DNA of 24,735 nt from Pseudomonadota bacterium (GTDB lineage Bacteria; Bdellovibrionota_B; Oligoflexia; Oligoflexales; CAIYRB01). Below, one piece after another: positions 9,182-18,265 of this stretch. The stretch spans positions 1 to 24,735 of the forward strand of contig JANOTL010000023.1 of assembly GCA_031416315.1 (NCBI GenBank), given 5' to 3'. The notes under the pieces are model-generated. The model ran no database searches. It saw only the letters and a program-made list of their open reading frames with translations, and was not told the origin of the DNA. The first letter of the stretch is position 1; every line of letters begins with the position of its first letter. The position numbers and the translations under genes were made by a program.

Positions 9182-10078
9182 ATGAAAAACGACAAGGCGA
9201 CCTCAGCCCAGAAGCTCGGCTCCGAAAGCGAAAGCGGCACGCCGACGCGCCCCGCCTTGAGCGGGGTGGACGACGTCGTCATGCTCGCCGGAGGCGTGGC
9301 GATGCCGCGCCTCGGCTTGGGCGTGTGGAAATGCGACGAGAACGAGGCGCGCGACGCCGTGATCTCTGCCTTGCGCGGCGGCTATCGCATGATCGACACC
9401 GCCTACGTCTACGACAACGAGCGCGAGGTCGGCGCCGGCATCGCCCAGTCGGGCGTGCCTCGGAGCTCGGTCTTCGTGACGACCAAGCTGTGGACCACCG
9501 ACCACGGCAGAGACCAAGCGCTCTCCGCTTTCGACGAGAGCCTAGCCAACCTCGGGCTCGAGCAGGTCGACCAATACCTCAGCCACTTTCCCGTCACGGG
9601 CAAGCGCGTCGAGACCTGGAAGGCGCTCCTCGAGCTGCAGAAATCCGGGCGCACGCGCTCGGTCGGCGTCAGCAACTACACGATTCGCCATCTCCAAGAG
9701 ATCATGGACGCGACCGGCGTCGCGCCGGCCGTGAACCAGGTCGAGTTCCACCCGTATCTCTTCCAGGCGGAGCTCCTCGAGTTCTGCCGCGCCCACAAGA
9801 TCCAGCTCGTCGCTTACAGCCCCTTGACGCACGGCTTGAAGCTTAAGGCGCCCGAGCTGGTCGAGGTGGCGCGCTCGGTGAAACGCACGCCGGCGCAGGT
9901 GCTGATCCGCTGGGCCTTGCAGCACGGCGTGGTGGTGATCCCGAAATCATCGCGCGAGGCGCGCATCCGCGAGAACGCCGCGGTGTACGACTTCGAGCTC
10001 GGAGACGTCGCCATGGCGACCCTGAACGGATTCGACGAGGAGCTGCGCACGTGTTGGGATCCCTCCGAAACGCCCTGA
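9182..10078 (+). CDS. Aldo/keto reductase (2,5-diketo-D-gluconate reductase-like)
   Basis: MPRLGLGVW, IDTAYVY (Asp/Tyr), TTKLW (Lys), LSHFP (His), GVSNY, NQVEFHP, VIPKS. Confidence 0.95.
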   Translation: MKNDKATSAQKLGSESESGTPTRPALSGVDDVVMLAGGVAMPRLGLGVWKCDENEARDAVISALRGGYRMIDTAYVYDNEREVGAGIAQSGVPRSSVFVTTKLWTTDHGRDQALSAFDESLANLGLEQVDQYLSHFPVTGKRVETWKALLELQKSGRTRSVGVSNYTIRHLQEIMDATGVAPAVNQVEFHPYLFQAELLEFCRAHKIQLVAYSPLTHGLKLKAPELVEVARSVKRTPAQVLIRWALQHGVVVIPKSSREARIRENAAVYDFELGDVAMATLNGFDEELRTCWDPSETP

Positions 10079-11745
10079 TTCCTGCTATGCTCGTTCCCCT
10101 CGTCTCCGGCTGCTGGCTCGTCGGCGAGTCGCGCGACAAGGGCGACGGCGAAGGCAAGACGAAGGCTCGCGACGCGGGAGCCACGGTCTCTTTGCCTGCG
10201 GCAGAGGCGCCGAAGCTCTGCGCCGCGATCCGCGGCAACGGCAACTACGTCATCACGCATTTCACCTCGCTCGCGCGGCTCTCCGAGCACTACGGCGTTT
10301 TCGACGCCTTGGCCGGCGGCAGCTCGGCCACGATCTCCGTCTTCCTCTACGAGAGCATGCGGATGAATCCGGAGCTCGCCAAATGCGGCGACCGGGCATG
10401 CTCCCCGGCCGAGTTCGGCGAGCGCATGGCGCTCCTCCTGAAGTCGGTGAAGCAATACTTCACCGCGCTCATCACCGACACCGACGAGGCGCTCGCCATC
10501 CGCGGCCTCGCGCCGATCGCCGAGCGGGTCAAGGCCGAAGGCGTCAAGGCCCTTCTCGACGTGAGCCCGCTCGAGGCGGCGTCGAAGCTCTACACCATCC
10601 TCTCCTCCGCCGATCTGAAAGACCTGATCAATCCCGAGATCCTGGCGCAGCTCGTCGACGTCGCGAACGCCGGCACCGCGGCGCCCGAGGTGTACGAGGC
10701 GATCACCAGTTTCGGCTCGTTCTCCGCCACCGATCCGAAGATCTTTTTCCGTCCGGGCGTCTTGAGCTTCGAGGGGCTCGCGGCGAAGATCGGGCGCATG
10801 GGAAGCTTCTACGCCGGCTACGGTCCCTTCGAGGCCGCGCGCTTCGCCGATTTCTTCGCCGCCTGCGGCCAGACGCGCGGCAAATCCTGGGAGGAGATCG
10901 CTCAACTTCCCGCCGCGGCCGACGGCGGCACCTGCGCCCGGATGTTCGACAAGATGGTCCTCGACTACCGGCGCGCCTTCGTCCTCGCCGAGGCGACGAC
11001 GCGCTCGCGCGCCGACGATCCGGTCGGGTCCTACCTGCACTCGATCGTCGCCACCTCGGTCCTCACCGGGCCTGGGGGCTTCGGCGCCTTCTCGCAGGCG
11101 ATGCAACGCTACAAGGGCGGCGAGGCGCCGGCGTTCGTGCCGGCGTTCGAGGACGTGCGCTTCGGCTATTTCGGCGCCGCGGACGACTTGGCGAAGATCA
11201 CGGCCGACCCCCTGGGCTTCGGCGACCTGAAGACGAAGAAGGCCTTGGCGCTCGGGCCTTTGCCGTGGCGCGTCGCGCTCTCGCTCTCGCCGGCAGAGCC
11301 CGGTCTCGCGCGCATCAAAGAGTTCAGCGGCGATCAAGCCTCCGCCGGCGGCTGGCCGGACCTCCACCCGGTGCAAGCGCTGAAGAACATCGGCTGCGCC
11401 AAGGTCGTCTACGTGACGCGCCGCGGCGAGGACTCGAAGTTCGCGCGCGGCGTCGCCAAGCTCCTCGGCATGCCGGACGACGCCGACAAGCAACTGTACG
11501 ACCTGGACGATCCGCAGAGCTCGTTTTCGCGCGCGTTGAGCGCCGCCGATGCGGTGTGGTGTACGGACTGGGACCGGTTCAAGGACGAAGAGATCACGGC
11601 GATGGCGGATGAATCGTATGCCGCGGTGCTCGAGACGAAGGATGCGTACTTCGCTCAGGGTGCGTCGGCTTATGCGCATCGGAGTGAGCGGACGAATTTT
11701 CGCGGGTGCTCGGTAGGGGCGCCGGCGGCGGCTGGGGTGCCTTGA
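10051..11745 (+). CDS. Lipoprotein with divergent patatin-like fold
   Basis: GAGGAG RBS 8 nt before GTG 10051; lipobox VSGC. AIRGNG...THFTSLARL...FDALAGGSSATISVFLY and SLSPAEPG...SAGGWPDLHPV...GCAKVVYV align by eye with the patatin blocks. Confidence 0.7.
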   Translation: MLGSLRNALIPAMLVPLVSGCWLVGESRDKGDGEGKTKARDAGATVSLPAAEAPKLCAAIRGNGNYVITHFTSLARLSEHYGVFDALAGGSSATISVFLYESMRMNPELAKCGDRACSPAEFGERMALLLKSVKQYFTALITDTDEALAIRGLAPIAERVKAEGVKALLDVSPLEAASKLYTILSSADLKDLINPEILAQLVDVANAGTAAPEVYEAITSFGSFSATDPKIFFRPGVLSFEGLAAKIGRMGSFYAGYGPFEAARFADFFAACGQTRGKSWEEIAQLPAAADGGTCARMFDKMVLDYRRAFVLAEATTRSRADDPVGSYLHSIVATSVLTGPGGFGAFSQAMQRYKGGEAPAFVPAFEDVRFGYFGAADDLAKITADPLGFGDLKTKKALALGPLPWRVALSLSPAEPGLARIKEFSGDQASAGGWPDLHPVQALKNIGCAKVVYVTRRGEDSKFARGVAKLLGMPDDADKQLYDLDDPQSSFSRALSAADAVWCTDWDRFKDEEITAMADESYAAVLETKDAYFAQGASAYAHRSERTNFRGCSVGAPAAAGVP

Positions 11746-11883
11746 TTTTCTGGATCCTCCGCAACATGTGTGGATAGCCGGGCCCCTCTCGCGCGGCTGA
11801 CCTGGCGTTGCCACCGCGAGTCCCGATGCCGCTTGCTAGCCAAAATGCCTGTCTCGGGGGAACGGCCTCCGAAAATGGTATGC

Positions 11884-11907
11884 TGATTAATCAAACTTTT
11901 GATTAAT
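11884..11907. promoter_or_regulatory. AT-rich operator-like inverted repeat
   Basis: ATTAATCAAA-CT-TTTGATTAAT (11886-11907) is a perfect 10-bp inverted repeat overlapping the palindrome TGATTAATCA (11884-11893). It sits in an AT-rich patch (~11875-11970) upstream of the TIGR02147 gene. Confidence 0.55.
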
Positions 11908-12118
11908 TGGTTCATGTAACATGCCATTTACATTATGTTTATATTGAATTTCTCATGTGCTAAAAAAAATGCCGTTAGGGATCTCATCACGGCATGTGGC
12001 CCTCGCCTGCACGAACAGGAAGCCGATGGATATGACGGCATGCGCAAAGGTGCTGCAAGACGACAAGTAGAACGCAGTCGACGCCGAGACCTTGATTTAA
12101 CCCGAACCGCGAGCGGCC

Positions 12119-13021
12119 ATGACCAGGAGAAAGACAGCATCGAACGCCGACGGCCGCGAGCCGCAGCTCTCCCTGGCGGAGATCCAGCGGCTGGCCGGTG
12201 GGATCGACGTGACCGCGATCTTGAGCTATCGCGAATATCTTGCAGCTATCTATGCCGCCTGTCGCGGCAGCGCTGACGAATACTCTTACAACCAATTCGC
12301 GCTCGATCTCGGGTTTTCCTGGTCCAACGTGCTCTGGCTCGTCGTCGACGGCCGCCGCAAGCTGACGCCGCTCACATCGCGTCGGCTGATCGAGACGCTC
12401 GGCCTTAGGGGCCGGCCGCGCCGCTACTTCGACGCGCTCGTCGCGTACAACAACGCACGACGCCCGGACGTGCGCCAGGACGCATTCGAAGAGCTCTTGC
12501 GCCACAAGGCGGCGGGCATCGCCGAGCCGAGCCGCCAGCTCGCGCTCGACTACTTTTCGGAGTGGTACAACCCGGTGCTCCGCGAGTTGACCGCACTGAA
12601 CGACTTCCGCTCCGACGTCGACTGGATCGCCGAACGGCTGGCATTCCCGCTCTTGCCCAATGAGATCAAGCGTGGCCTTCAGCTCCTGGAGAAGCTCGGA
12701 CTCGTGCGCTACGAAGCCGAGGCAGGGCGCCACGTACCGGCCGGCGGCGACGTCCTCCCAGACCGGGACTTCGATACGCTGGCGACGATCCGCCTCCACC
12801 AGCGCATGAGCGAGCTGGCACGGGACGCGATCCCGCGCACCGATGCGCGGCGGCGCGAGATGAATGTGATGACGCTCGCCGTCAACGAGGAGACCGCGAT
12901 GCGAATCGGCCAGATCCTGTACCGAACGTGCGAAGAAATTCTGGCGGTCGAGCGCGCCTGTAAGGACAAGACACAAGTCTACCAAGTCAATCTGCAGCTG
13001 TTTCCACTCACAAATTCCTGA
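12119..13021 (+). CDS. TIGR02147 family / DUF4423 protein, putative HTH regulator
   Basis: YREYL...YSYNQFALDLGF...LVVDGRRKLT, YFSEWYNPVLREL, LLEKLGLV, RREMNVMTLAV, VYQVNLQLFPLT. Confidence 0.9.
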   Translation: MTRRKTASNADGREPQLSLAEIQRLAGGIDVTAILSYREYLAAIYAACRGSADEYSYNQFALDLGFSWSNVLWLVVDGRRKLTPLTSRRLIETLGLRGRPRRYFDALVAYNNARRPDVRQDAFEELLRHKAAGIAEPSRQLALDYFSEWYNPVLRELTALNDFRSDVDWIAERLAFPLLPNEIKRGLQLLEKLGLVRYEAEAGRHVPAGGDVLPDRDFDTLATIRLHQRMSELARDAIPRTDARRREMNVMTLAVNEETAMRIGQILYRTCEEILAVERACKDKTQVYQVNLQLFPLTNS

Positions 13022-13029
13022 GAGAGCGT

Positions 13030-13848
13030 ATGAGCGGCAAATTTAAGCATCTCCTGCGAATGAGCGGCATTACCTCGGCCATGCTCGCCCTAGCCGTGGC
13101 AACGGCGGACTCCGGCTGCGGCACCTGGTCCGGCAATCCCAAGAATCCGAGCCCACCCGCGCCGCAACCGCCGTCGAACGTGCCGGTGATCGAGCCCGTG
13201 TCGGTGACCCTTAGGGCACGCGCCACCTCGGGCGCAGCGCTATCGACAGCCGAGACCATCACAGTCCGTGGCAAGGACGGCGCCTCCGCCGGTACGATCA
13301 CATTGACCCAAGCTCGCGTCGTCTTGAAGGAGATCAGGATCCGCGCGAGCGCTGGCGACGCCGCGATCCGTGAGAAGTTCGAAGGGCCTTACATCGTCGA
13401 CCTCATGAACGACCGCGTCTTACCGGATCCAGGTGCGATCAGCCTCGCGGCGGGCAGTTACTCGCGCGTCGAGCTGAGGCTGCACAAACTCGACAAGGAT
13501 GCCAATGCGGTCGGTGAGAACGACCCGCTCCTCGATCACAGTATCCACCTCGCGGGCACCTATACCGACGCCGAAGGGCGTGCGCGTCCCTTCGAGCTCA
13601 CGCACGACGTCAGTGAGGAGTTCGGGTTGGAGGCGACGACGCCGCTCGACCTCAAGGCCGGTGTCGCGAATGCGGTCGTGCTCGCCTTTCAGCAGTCGAT
13701 CTGGTTCGATCTTACGGGCGCGGAAGTCGACCTCGGCGACATCCTCGGCGATGTCGTTCTCGACGAGGACGCCGACGACTCAGCCAAGAAAGTACGCGAC
13801 CGCATCAAGGAAAACCTTAAACGCTCGGCGCGCCCGGAGCGCGAATGA
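13030..13848 (+). CDS. Putative lipoprotein, DUF4382-like beta-rich domain
   Basis: Signal peptide ending DSGC, then GTWSGNP and a Pro-rich linker; ARVVLKEIRI, GPYIVDL, ISLAAGSYSRVELRL. Starts 8 nt after the TIGR02147 stop. Confidence 0.7.
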   Translation: MSGKFKHLLRMSGITSAMLALAVATADSGCGTWSGNPKNPSPPAPQPPSNVPVIEPVSVTLRARATSGAALSTAETITVRGKDGASAGTITLTQARVVLKEIRIRASAGDAAIREKFEGPYIVDLMNDRVLPDPGAISLAAGSYSRVELRLHKLDKDANAVGENDPLLDHSIHLAGTYTDAEGRARPFELTHDVSEEFGLEATTPLDLKAGVANAVVLAFQQSIWFDLTGAEVDLGDILGDVVLDEDADDSAKKVRDRIKENLKRSARPERE

Positions 13849-14020
13849 GCGTGTCGGATGAAAGAGGCTAGCTGTTCTTAGTCAGATGATCGTGGAATTT
13901 CATGCGAGGTGAACCGACAGGTGCGACAGATCCAAAGCCTTGCGCCAAGGACCTCTTGCGACCCGCCCATCCGCATGGAAACATCGAAGAAAACTGATTC
14001 GTCAATTGAAAGGGAGTGTC

Positions 14021-14611
14021 ATGATTTCTACGTTTTCTAGGTATCAGCGTCTTCTGTTTTGGGGTCTTGGCGTGATCCTCCTTCCGCTTGCCGGCTGTGG
14101 CGCGGACAAAGACGAGGAGAAAGCCTCGAGCACCGGCAATGCCTCCGTCATGGTCAAGATGTCGCCAGCCGCGGCCGGAGCCGCACTGACGGCGGTGAGC
14201 GACGCCAAGTTGTGCTTCAAGCGACTGCGGTTCAAGCTCGCGGACGAGGTGACCGCCGATCCGGCAACGAACAGCGACAACATTGATTTCAACATCGGCG
14301 AAAAGACTCTTGGATCGGCCGACACCGACCTCGGGACCATTTCGCTGGCGCCCAACACCTACAAGCGCGTCGAATTCGACCTCGAAAAGGACTGCAACGG
14401 CTACAGCGTCAAGTTCACGAATGCGAACGGGACGTTCATGACGGACCAACGACTGACCATCAAGTTCAAAGGCGTGTTTACCGTCGACGAGGCTACCGAG
14501 ACGGTCAAGCTGGGGATCGCCGCCGTCATGACCGCCTTAGACGGCATCCCGAGTGGAGCGGGCGACAAGGAGATCAAGGAAGCGCTCGACAATGTTAGCG
14601 GCACATTCTAG
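14021..14611 (+). CDS. Lipoprotein, distant relative of the upstream lipoprotein
   Basis: AGGGAG RBS, lipobox LAGC. AKLCFKRLRFK and GTISLAPNTYKRVEFDLEK parallel ARVVLKEIRIR and GAISLAAGSYSRVELRLHK. Confidence 0.8.
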   Translation: MISTFSRYQRLLFWGLGVILLPLAGCGADKDEEKASSTGNASVMVKMSPAAAGAALTAVSDAKLCFKRLRFKLADEVTADPATNSDNIDFNIGEKTLGSADTDLGTISLAPNTYKRVEFDLEKDCNGYSVKFTNANGTFMTDQRLTIKFKGVFTVDEATETVKLGIAAVMTALDGIPSGAGDKEIKEALDNVSGTF

Positions 14612-14682
14612 CGCCCGGGCTCGATCAGACGGAGTCATTTGTCTTGGTGGGACTTTTGGCGGCGCAAGCGGCCTCTAGTCCA

Positions 14683-15354
14683 TTACTCGACGAACGCCGC
14701 TGGCGTATCGTCCATGTAACTACCGGCCCGCAAAACACCCTCCACCGGCTGCTTCGGCGTCTTCATCACTTTCTCTTTCTTCACGACGACGCCGGCGAGC
14801 ACGAGATCTCTCGGTGCGGGCTTCCGCTCGCAGTTGGGCGTCGCGTTCGTCACCGTGCAGCCCGGAGCCGCTGCGTTTTTCTTGCCCATTTCCAAGCTGG
14901 CGTCGGTGCCGCTCAGGTTCTTGACCCAGCGGCCTTCCATCGGGTTCGAGAAGTTCTTCTCGCGGCGGGCGAGCTTCGCGGGGGAGACGGCGGCTTGCGC
15001 GTTGGCAGGATGCTCGACCTTCTCGGGGCGCGGCGCGCCGTTCGTGAAGGGCGAGGCGGGATAGGCCGCGAGCTCGCCGGCGGCGGCGCTGGCTTCGGGG
15101 CGCGCCTTGCGGCGGAGGGCCATCGTCTTTTTCGGCGCGGCTTCGGCCTTTTCGATCTGCTTGGGCGCGAGCGGCGCCTTCGGCATCGCGGAGGGCGCGT
15201 TGGTCACGAGACCCGGCGGGACGGTCGCCGGCGCGATGCGCGTCTCGGTCTGGGCCGTCTCTTTCTTGGTTGCGAGCTTGGCGAAATCGGGTCCGAAGAC
15301 GAAGCCGATGGTGGCGAGGGCGACGGTGGCGGCGATGAGGTGCACGGGGCGCAT
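14683..15354 (-). CDS. Membrane-anchored Ala/Pro/Lys-rich hypothetical protein
   Basis: GAAGGA RBS before ATG 15354, N-terminal hydrophobic helix, basic low-complexity body and a C-x7-C pair; a good promoter lies upstream. Confidence 0.65.
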   Translation of the reverse strand: MRPVHLIAATVALATIGFVFGPDFAKLATKKETAQTETRIAPATVPPGLVTNAPSAMPKAPLAPKQIEKAEAAPKKTMALRRKARPEASAAAGELAAYPASPFTNGAPRPEKVEHPANAQAAVSPAKLARREKNFSNPMEGRWVKNLSGTDASLEMGKKNAAAPGCTVTNATPNCERKPAPRDLVLAGVVVKKEKVMKTPKQPVEGVLRAGSYMDDTPAAFVE

Positions 15355-15405
15355 ATGATCGGGTCCTTCAGTGGCAACGGGAACGGCAGGAACAAACCCA
15401 ATCAC

Positions 15406-15466
15406 AAGATAACATTTTAATAGAAATTGTCAATATTTCATGATTATTCTAAAGTCATTATGAAAT
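15406..15466. promoter_or_regulatory. Overlapping divergent sigma70 promoters with an operator-like inverted repeat
   Basis: Minus strand: TTGACA(15433-15428)-16 nt-TATCTT with extended TG. Plus strand: TTGTCA(15427-15432)-17 nt-TAAAGT. Inverted repeat ATTTCATGAT(15435-15444)/ATTATGAAAT(15457-15466) matches 9/10. Confidence 0.6.
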
Positions 15467-15546
15467 TCATGAGTCGTTCCGCGCTTCAACCCCTGGACGC
15501 TTCATGCTAGAACCGCCGCTCGGAGATCAGCGGAAGGCGGCGCCAG

Positions 15547-16449
15547 GTGCAGATTAATTCACTAATATTATTGTCTATTATTGCGATGCTCGACGGGCGC
15601 GGCCGGAAGGTCGTGCTGGAGGCTCCGCCGCAGCGGATCGTCTCCGGCTCGCTCGCCAGCGACGAAATCCTCCTCGCACTTTTCGCCAGCTCGGGCCAAT
15701 CCGGACGCCTCGCCGCCGTGTCGAGCCTCGCCGACGACCCGCGCTACAGCAACGTCGTCGCCGCCGCCAAAACCGTGAAGGGCCGCTTCGGCGAAGGCCT
15801 CGAGACGGCCTTGGCGCTGAAGCCCGACCTCGCCGTGCTCGCCAGCTTCAACAAGCCGGAGACCATCGACCGCCTCGAGAAGGCGCAGGTGCGCTGCTTC
15901 GTCCTCGGCGGCTTCACCACCCTGGACGAGATCGCGGCCAACGTGACCGCGCTCGGCGAGCTGACGCAACTGAAGAAAGACGCCGGCGCCCTGAACGCCG
16001 TCTTCGCGAAGGCCCGGATGGCCGCGTGGGCCGGCGCGGTGCGCCTCCCCCGCCGGCCCAAGGTCCTAGGCTACCTCGGCGACGCCGCCGGCAATGGCGC
16101 CTTGACGCTGGCGGCGCGCGGGAGCCTCTTCGACGCCCTGATCGAGGAGGCCGGCGGCGAGAACCTCGCGAGCTCGCTCGGCCTCACCGGCTGGCCGACC
16201 GTCTCCGCCGAGGTCTTGGCCGGGCTCGCGCCCGACGTCGTCGTCACCGGCGGGGACGGGACGCCGGAGGCGCTGCGCCAGACTCTGCAGAATGCGCCTG
16301 GATGGAAGGCGATGAAGAGCCTCGCCCGCGCGAAGATGATCGTCGTCCCCGACCGCGAGCTCGGCGCGACGTCGCCTTACGTCGCGTCGGCCCTGACCAA
16401 GATTTCGCAGGGGCTCGCACAGGAGATCGCGCCGGGGCTTTCGCCGTGA
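15547..16449 (+). CDS. ABC substrate-binding protein, helical-backbone (BtuF/FecB/HmuT class)
   Basis: DGRGRKVVLEAPPQRIVS, ETALALKPDLAVL, LIEEAGGENLA, VSAEVLAGLAPDVVV. Confidence 0.9.
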   Translation: MQINSLILLSIIAMLDGRGRKVVLEAPPQRIVSGSLASDEILLALFASSGQSGRLAAVSSLADDPRYSNVVAAAKTVKGRFGEGLETALALKPDLAVLASFNKPETIDRLEKAQVRCFVLGGFTTLDEIAANVTALGELTQLKKDAGALNAVFAKARMAAWAGAVRLPRRPKVLGYLGDAAGNGALTLAARGSLFDALIEEAGGENLASSLGLTGWPTVSAEVLAGLAPDVVVTGGDGTPEALRQTLQNAPGWKAMKSLARAKMIVVPDRELGATSPYVASALTKISQGLAQEIAPGLSP

Positions 16450-17420
16450 TGCGCTTCGGACTCGCGCTTTTGGCGCTCCTCGCGGCGCTCCTCGCGGCGC
16501 TGCAGGTCGGCGCGGCGGACTACGGCTTACAGGACGTCCTGAAGGACGAGACCGCGCGCACGGTGATGCTCGAGATCCGCCTGCCGAGGCTCATCGTCGC
16601 CGCGCTCGCCGGGGCCGCGCTTTCGGCCGCAGGGGTCTTGAGCCAAGGCCTCTTTCGCAATCCGCTCGCGAGCCCCTCGATCCTCGGAACGGAGGCCGGC
16701 GCGAGCCTCGCGGCGGCTTTCGCGTTTCACGCCGGGCTCGCGTTCGCGGCCTGGTGGACCTTACCGCTCGCCGCGTTCGGCGGCGCCCTCGCCTCGACCG
16801 CGGTCCTCTTCGCCTTGGCGCGGCGCGGTGAACGGAACCGGCCGACGCCGCTCGCGACCCTGCTTTTGGCGGGCTTTGCGCTCAACGCCCTGCTCGGCGC
16901 CGGGACCTCGCTCTTATTGTCCCTCCTCCTCGAGGATTTCCAGCGCTCGTCGGCGGCCCTGCACTGGCTCCTCGGCGGCTTCGCCGGCAAGGGCGCCGAG
17001 CACATCCCCACGATCGCCCTGCCGGCAGTCCTCGGCTTCGCCCTCGCCGTGCGCCTCGCGCCGCGGCTCGACGCGCTGTCCTTGGGCGAGGACGTCGCGC
17101 AAAGCCTCGCCGTCGACCTCGCCTCGATGCGCCGCGCGACGTTCGGCGCCGTCGCGCTCCTCGTCGGCGGCGCTGCCGCCGTCTCCGGCGCCGTTCCGTT
17201 CGTCGGCTTGGTCGTCCCGCATCTGACGCGGAGTATGGCCGGCCCGCGGCACGGCACGCTCCTCGTCTTAAGCACCGTCAACGGCGCGACCTTGATGCTC
17301 CTCTGCGACCTCGTCGCGCGGACGATCCGATCGCCACGAGAGCTCGAGGTCGGCGTGATCACCGCGCTGCTCGGCGCGCCTTTCTTCCTCGCCCTCCTCC
17401 TGCGGAAGGATCGCCCGTGA
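16449..17420 (+). CDS. FecCD/BtuC family permease
   Basis: IRLPRL, QGLFRNPLASPSILG, LSLGEDVAQSL, FVGLVVPH, EVGVITALLGAPFFL. Start is ATG 16449 or GTG 16446, overlapping the binding-protein stop. Confidence 0.95.
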   Translation: MRFGLALLALLAALLAALQVGAADYGLQDVLKDETARTVMLEIRLPRLIVAALAGAALSAAGVLSQGLFRNPLASPSILGTEAGASLAAAFAFHAGLAFAAWWTLPLAAFGGALASTAVLFALARRGERNRPTPLATLLLAGFALNALLGAGTSLLLSLLLEDFQRSSAALHWLLGGFAGKGAEHIPTIALPAVLGFALAVRLAPRLDALSLGEDVAQSLAVDLASMRRATFGAVALLVGGAAAVSGAVPFVGLVVPHLTRSMAGPRHGTLLVLSTVNGATLMLLCDLVARTIRSPRELEVGVITALLGAPFFLALLLRKDRP

Positions 17421-18184
17421 TCGCCATACAGGCCTCCGATCTGGTCGTGCGTCTCGGAGCTCGCGCCGTCTTGGAGAGGGTCGACGCGAGCTTCGCGCGC
17501 GGTACGGTGACGGCGCTCGTCGGGCCGAACGGCGCGGGCAAGACGACCTTCCTGCGCACGCTCGCGGGATTGACGCGCGCCAGCGCGGGGAGCGTCGAGA
17601 TCGAGGGCTCGAACGTCGCGACGATGACGGCGCAGGCGCGCGCGCTGCGCCTGGCCTGGGTGCCGACGCCCGAGCCGCCGCCCTTTCCTTACACGGTGCT
17701 GGAGACCGTGAAGCTCGGGCGCTTCGCGCGGCACGAGGGCAGACCGCGTGCCGCCGACGAGGAAGCCGCGCTGCGCTCCCTCGCGGCCGTGGGCTTGCCG
17801 ACCTTCGCGTCCCGCCTCGTCACGGAGCTCTCCGGCGGCGAGCTCGCCCGCGTCGCCGTCGCCCGCGGGCTCGCGGCGGAGACGGACCTCGTTCTCCTCG
17901 ACGAGCCGACCGCGTCGCTCGACGTCGCCGCGGCGCTGCGCCTCCTGATCTTACTGCGCCAGCTCGCCGCGGCGGGACGGACGATCGTCCTCTCGCTGCA
18001 CGATTTGAGCGTCGCCTATCGCTACGCCGATCACGTCGTCATGCTCGGGGCCGGGCGCGTCGTCGCGGCCGGCCCGCCACGAGACGCCTTGACTCCCGCG
18101 AGCTTACGCGCGGCTTTTGGCGTCTCGGCGCAGATCGCGCGCACTGCGGACGGCCGGGAGGCGCTGTTTTTCGACCCGGAATGA
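17417..18184 (+). CDS. ABC ATP-binding protein (FecE/BtuD/HmuV class)
   Basis: GPNGAGKT, LSGGE, LLDEPT, SLHDL; GTGA overlap with the permease. Confidence 0.95.
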   Translation: MIAIQASDLVVRLGARAVLERVDASFARGTVTALVGPNGAGKTTFLRTLAGLTRASAGSVEIEGSNVATMTAQARALRLAWVPTPEPPPFPYTVLETVKLGRFARHEGRPRAADEEAALRSLAAVGLPTFASRLVTELSGGELARVAVARGLAAETDLVLLDEPTASLDVAAALRLLILLRQLAAAGRTIVLSLHDLSVAYRYADHVVMLGAGRVVAAGPPRDALTPASLRAAFGVSAQIARTADGREALFFDPE

Positions 18185-18265
18185 AGCGAAACGTCGCGGA
18201 ATGAAGCCTTGCGCCCCCGGATCCGTTCGGGAAAAATGCCCGCACGATCAACCCGGAGGTTCGAG

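Noticed and set aside
9814..11814. 666-aa minus ORF
   Set aside because: Antisense shadow of the patatin-like and aldo/keto reductase genes.
11935..12276. 113-aa plus ORF starting in the AT-rich patch
   Set aside because: Overlaps TIGR02147 out of frame, is Arg-rich, and the region is better explained as regulatory.
15361..15400. AACGGGAA as the start of a cobalamin riboswitch
   Set aside because: Remaining B12-element motifs are absent and it lies upstream of the predicted plus-strand promoter.
16473..16502. 12-nt tandem repeat GCGCTCCTCGCG
   Set aside because: Simply encodes Ala/Leu repeats of a TM helix; not a CRISPR or phase-variation tract.
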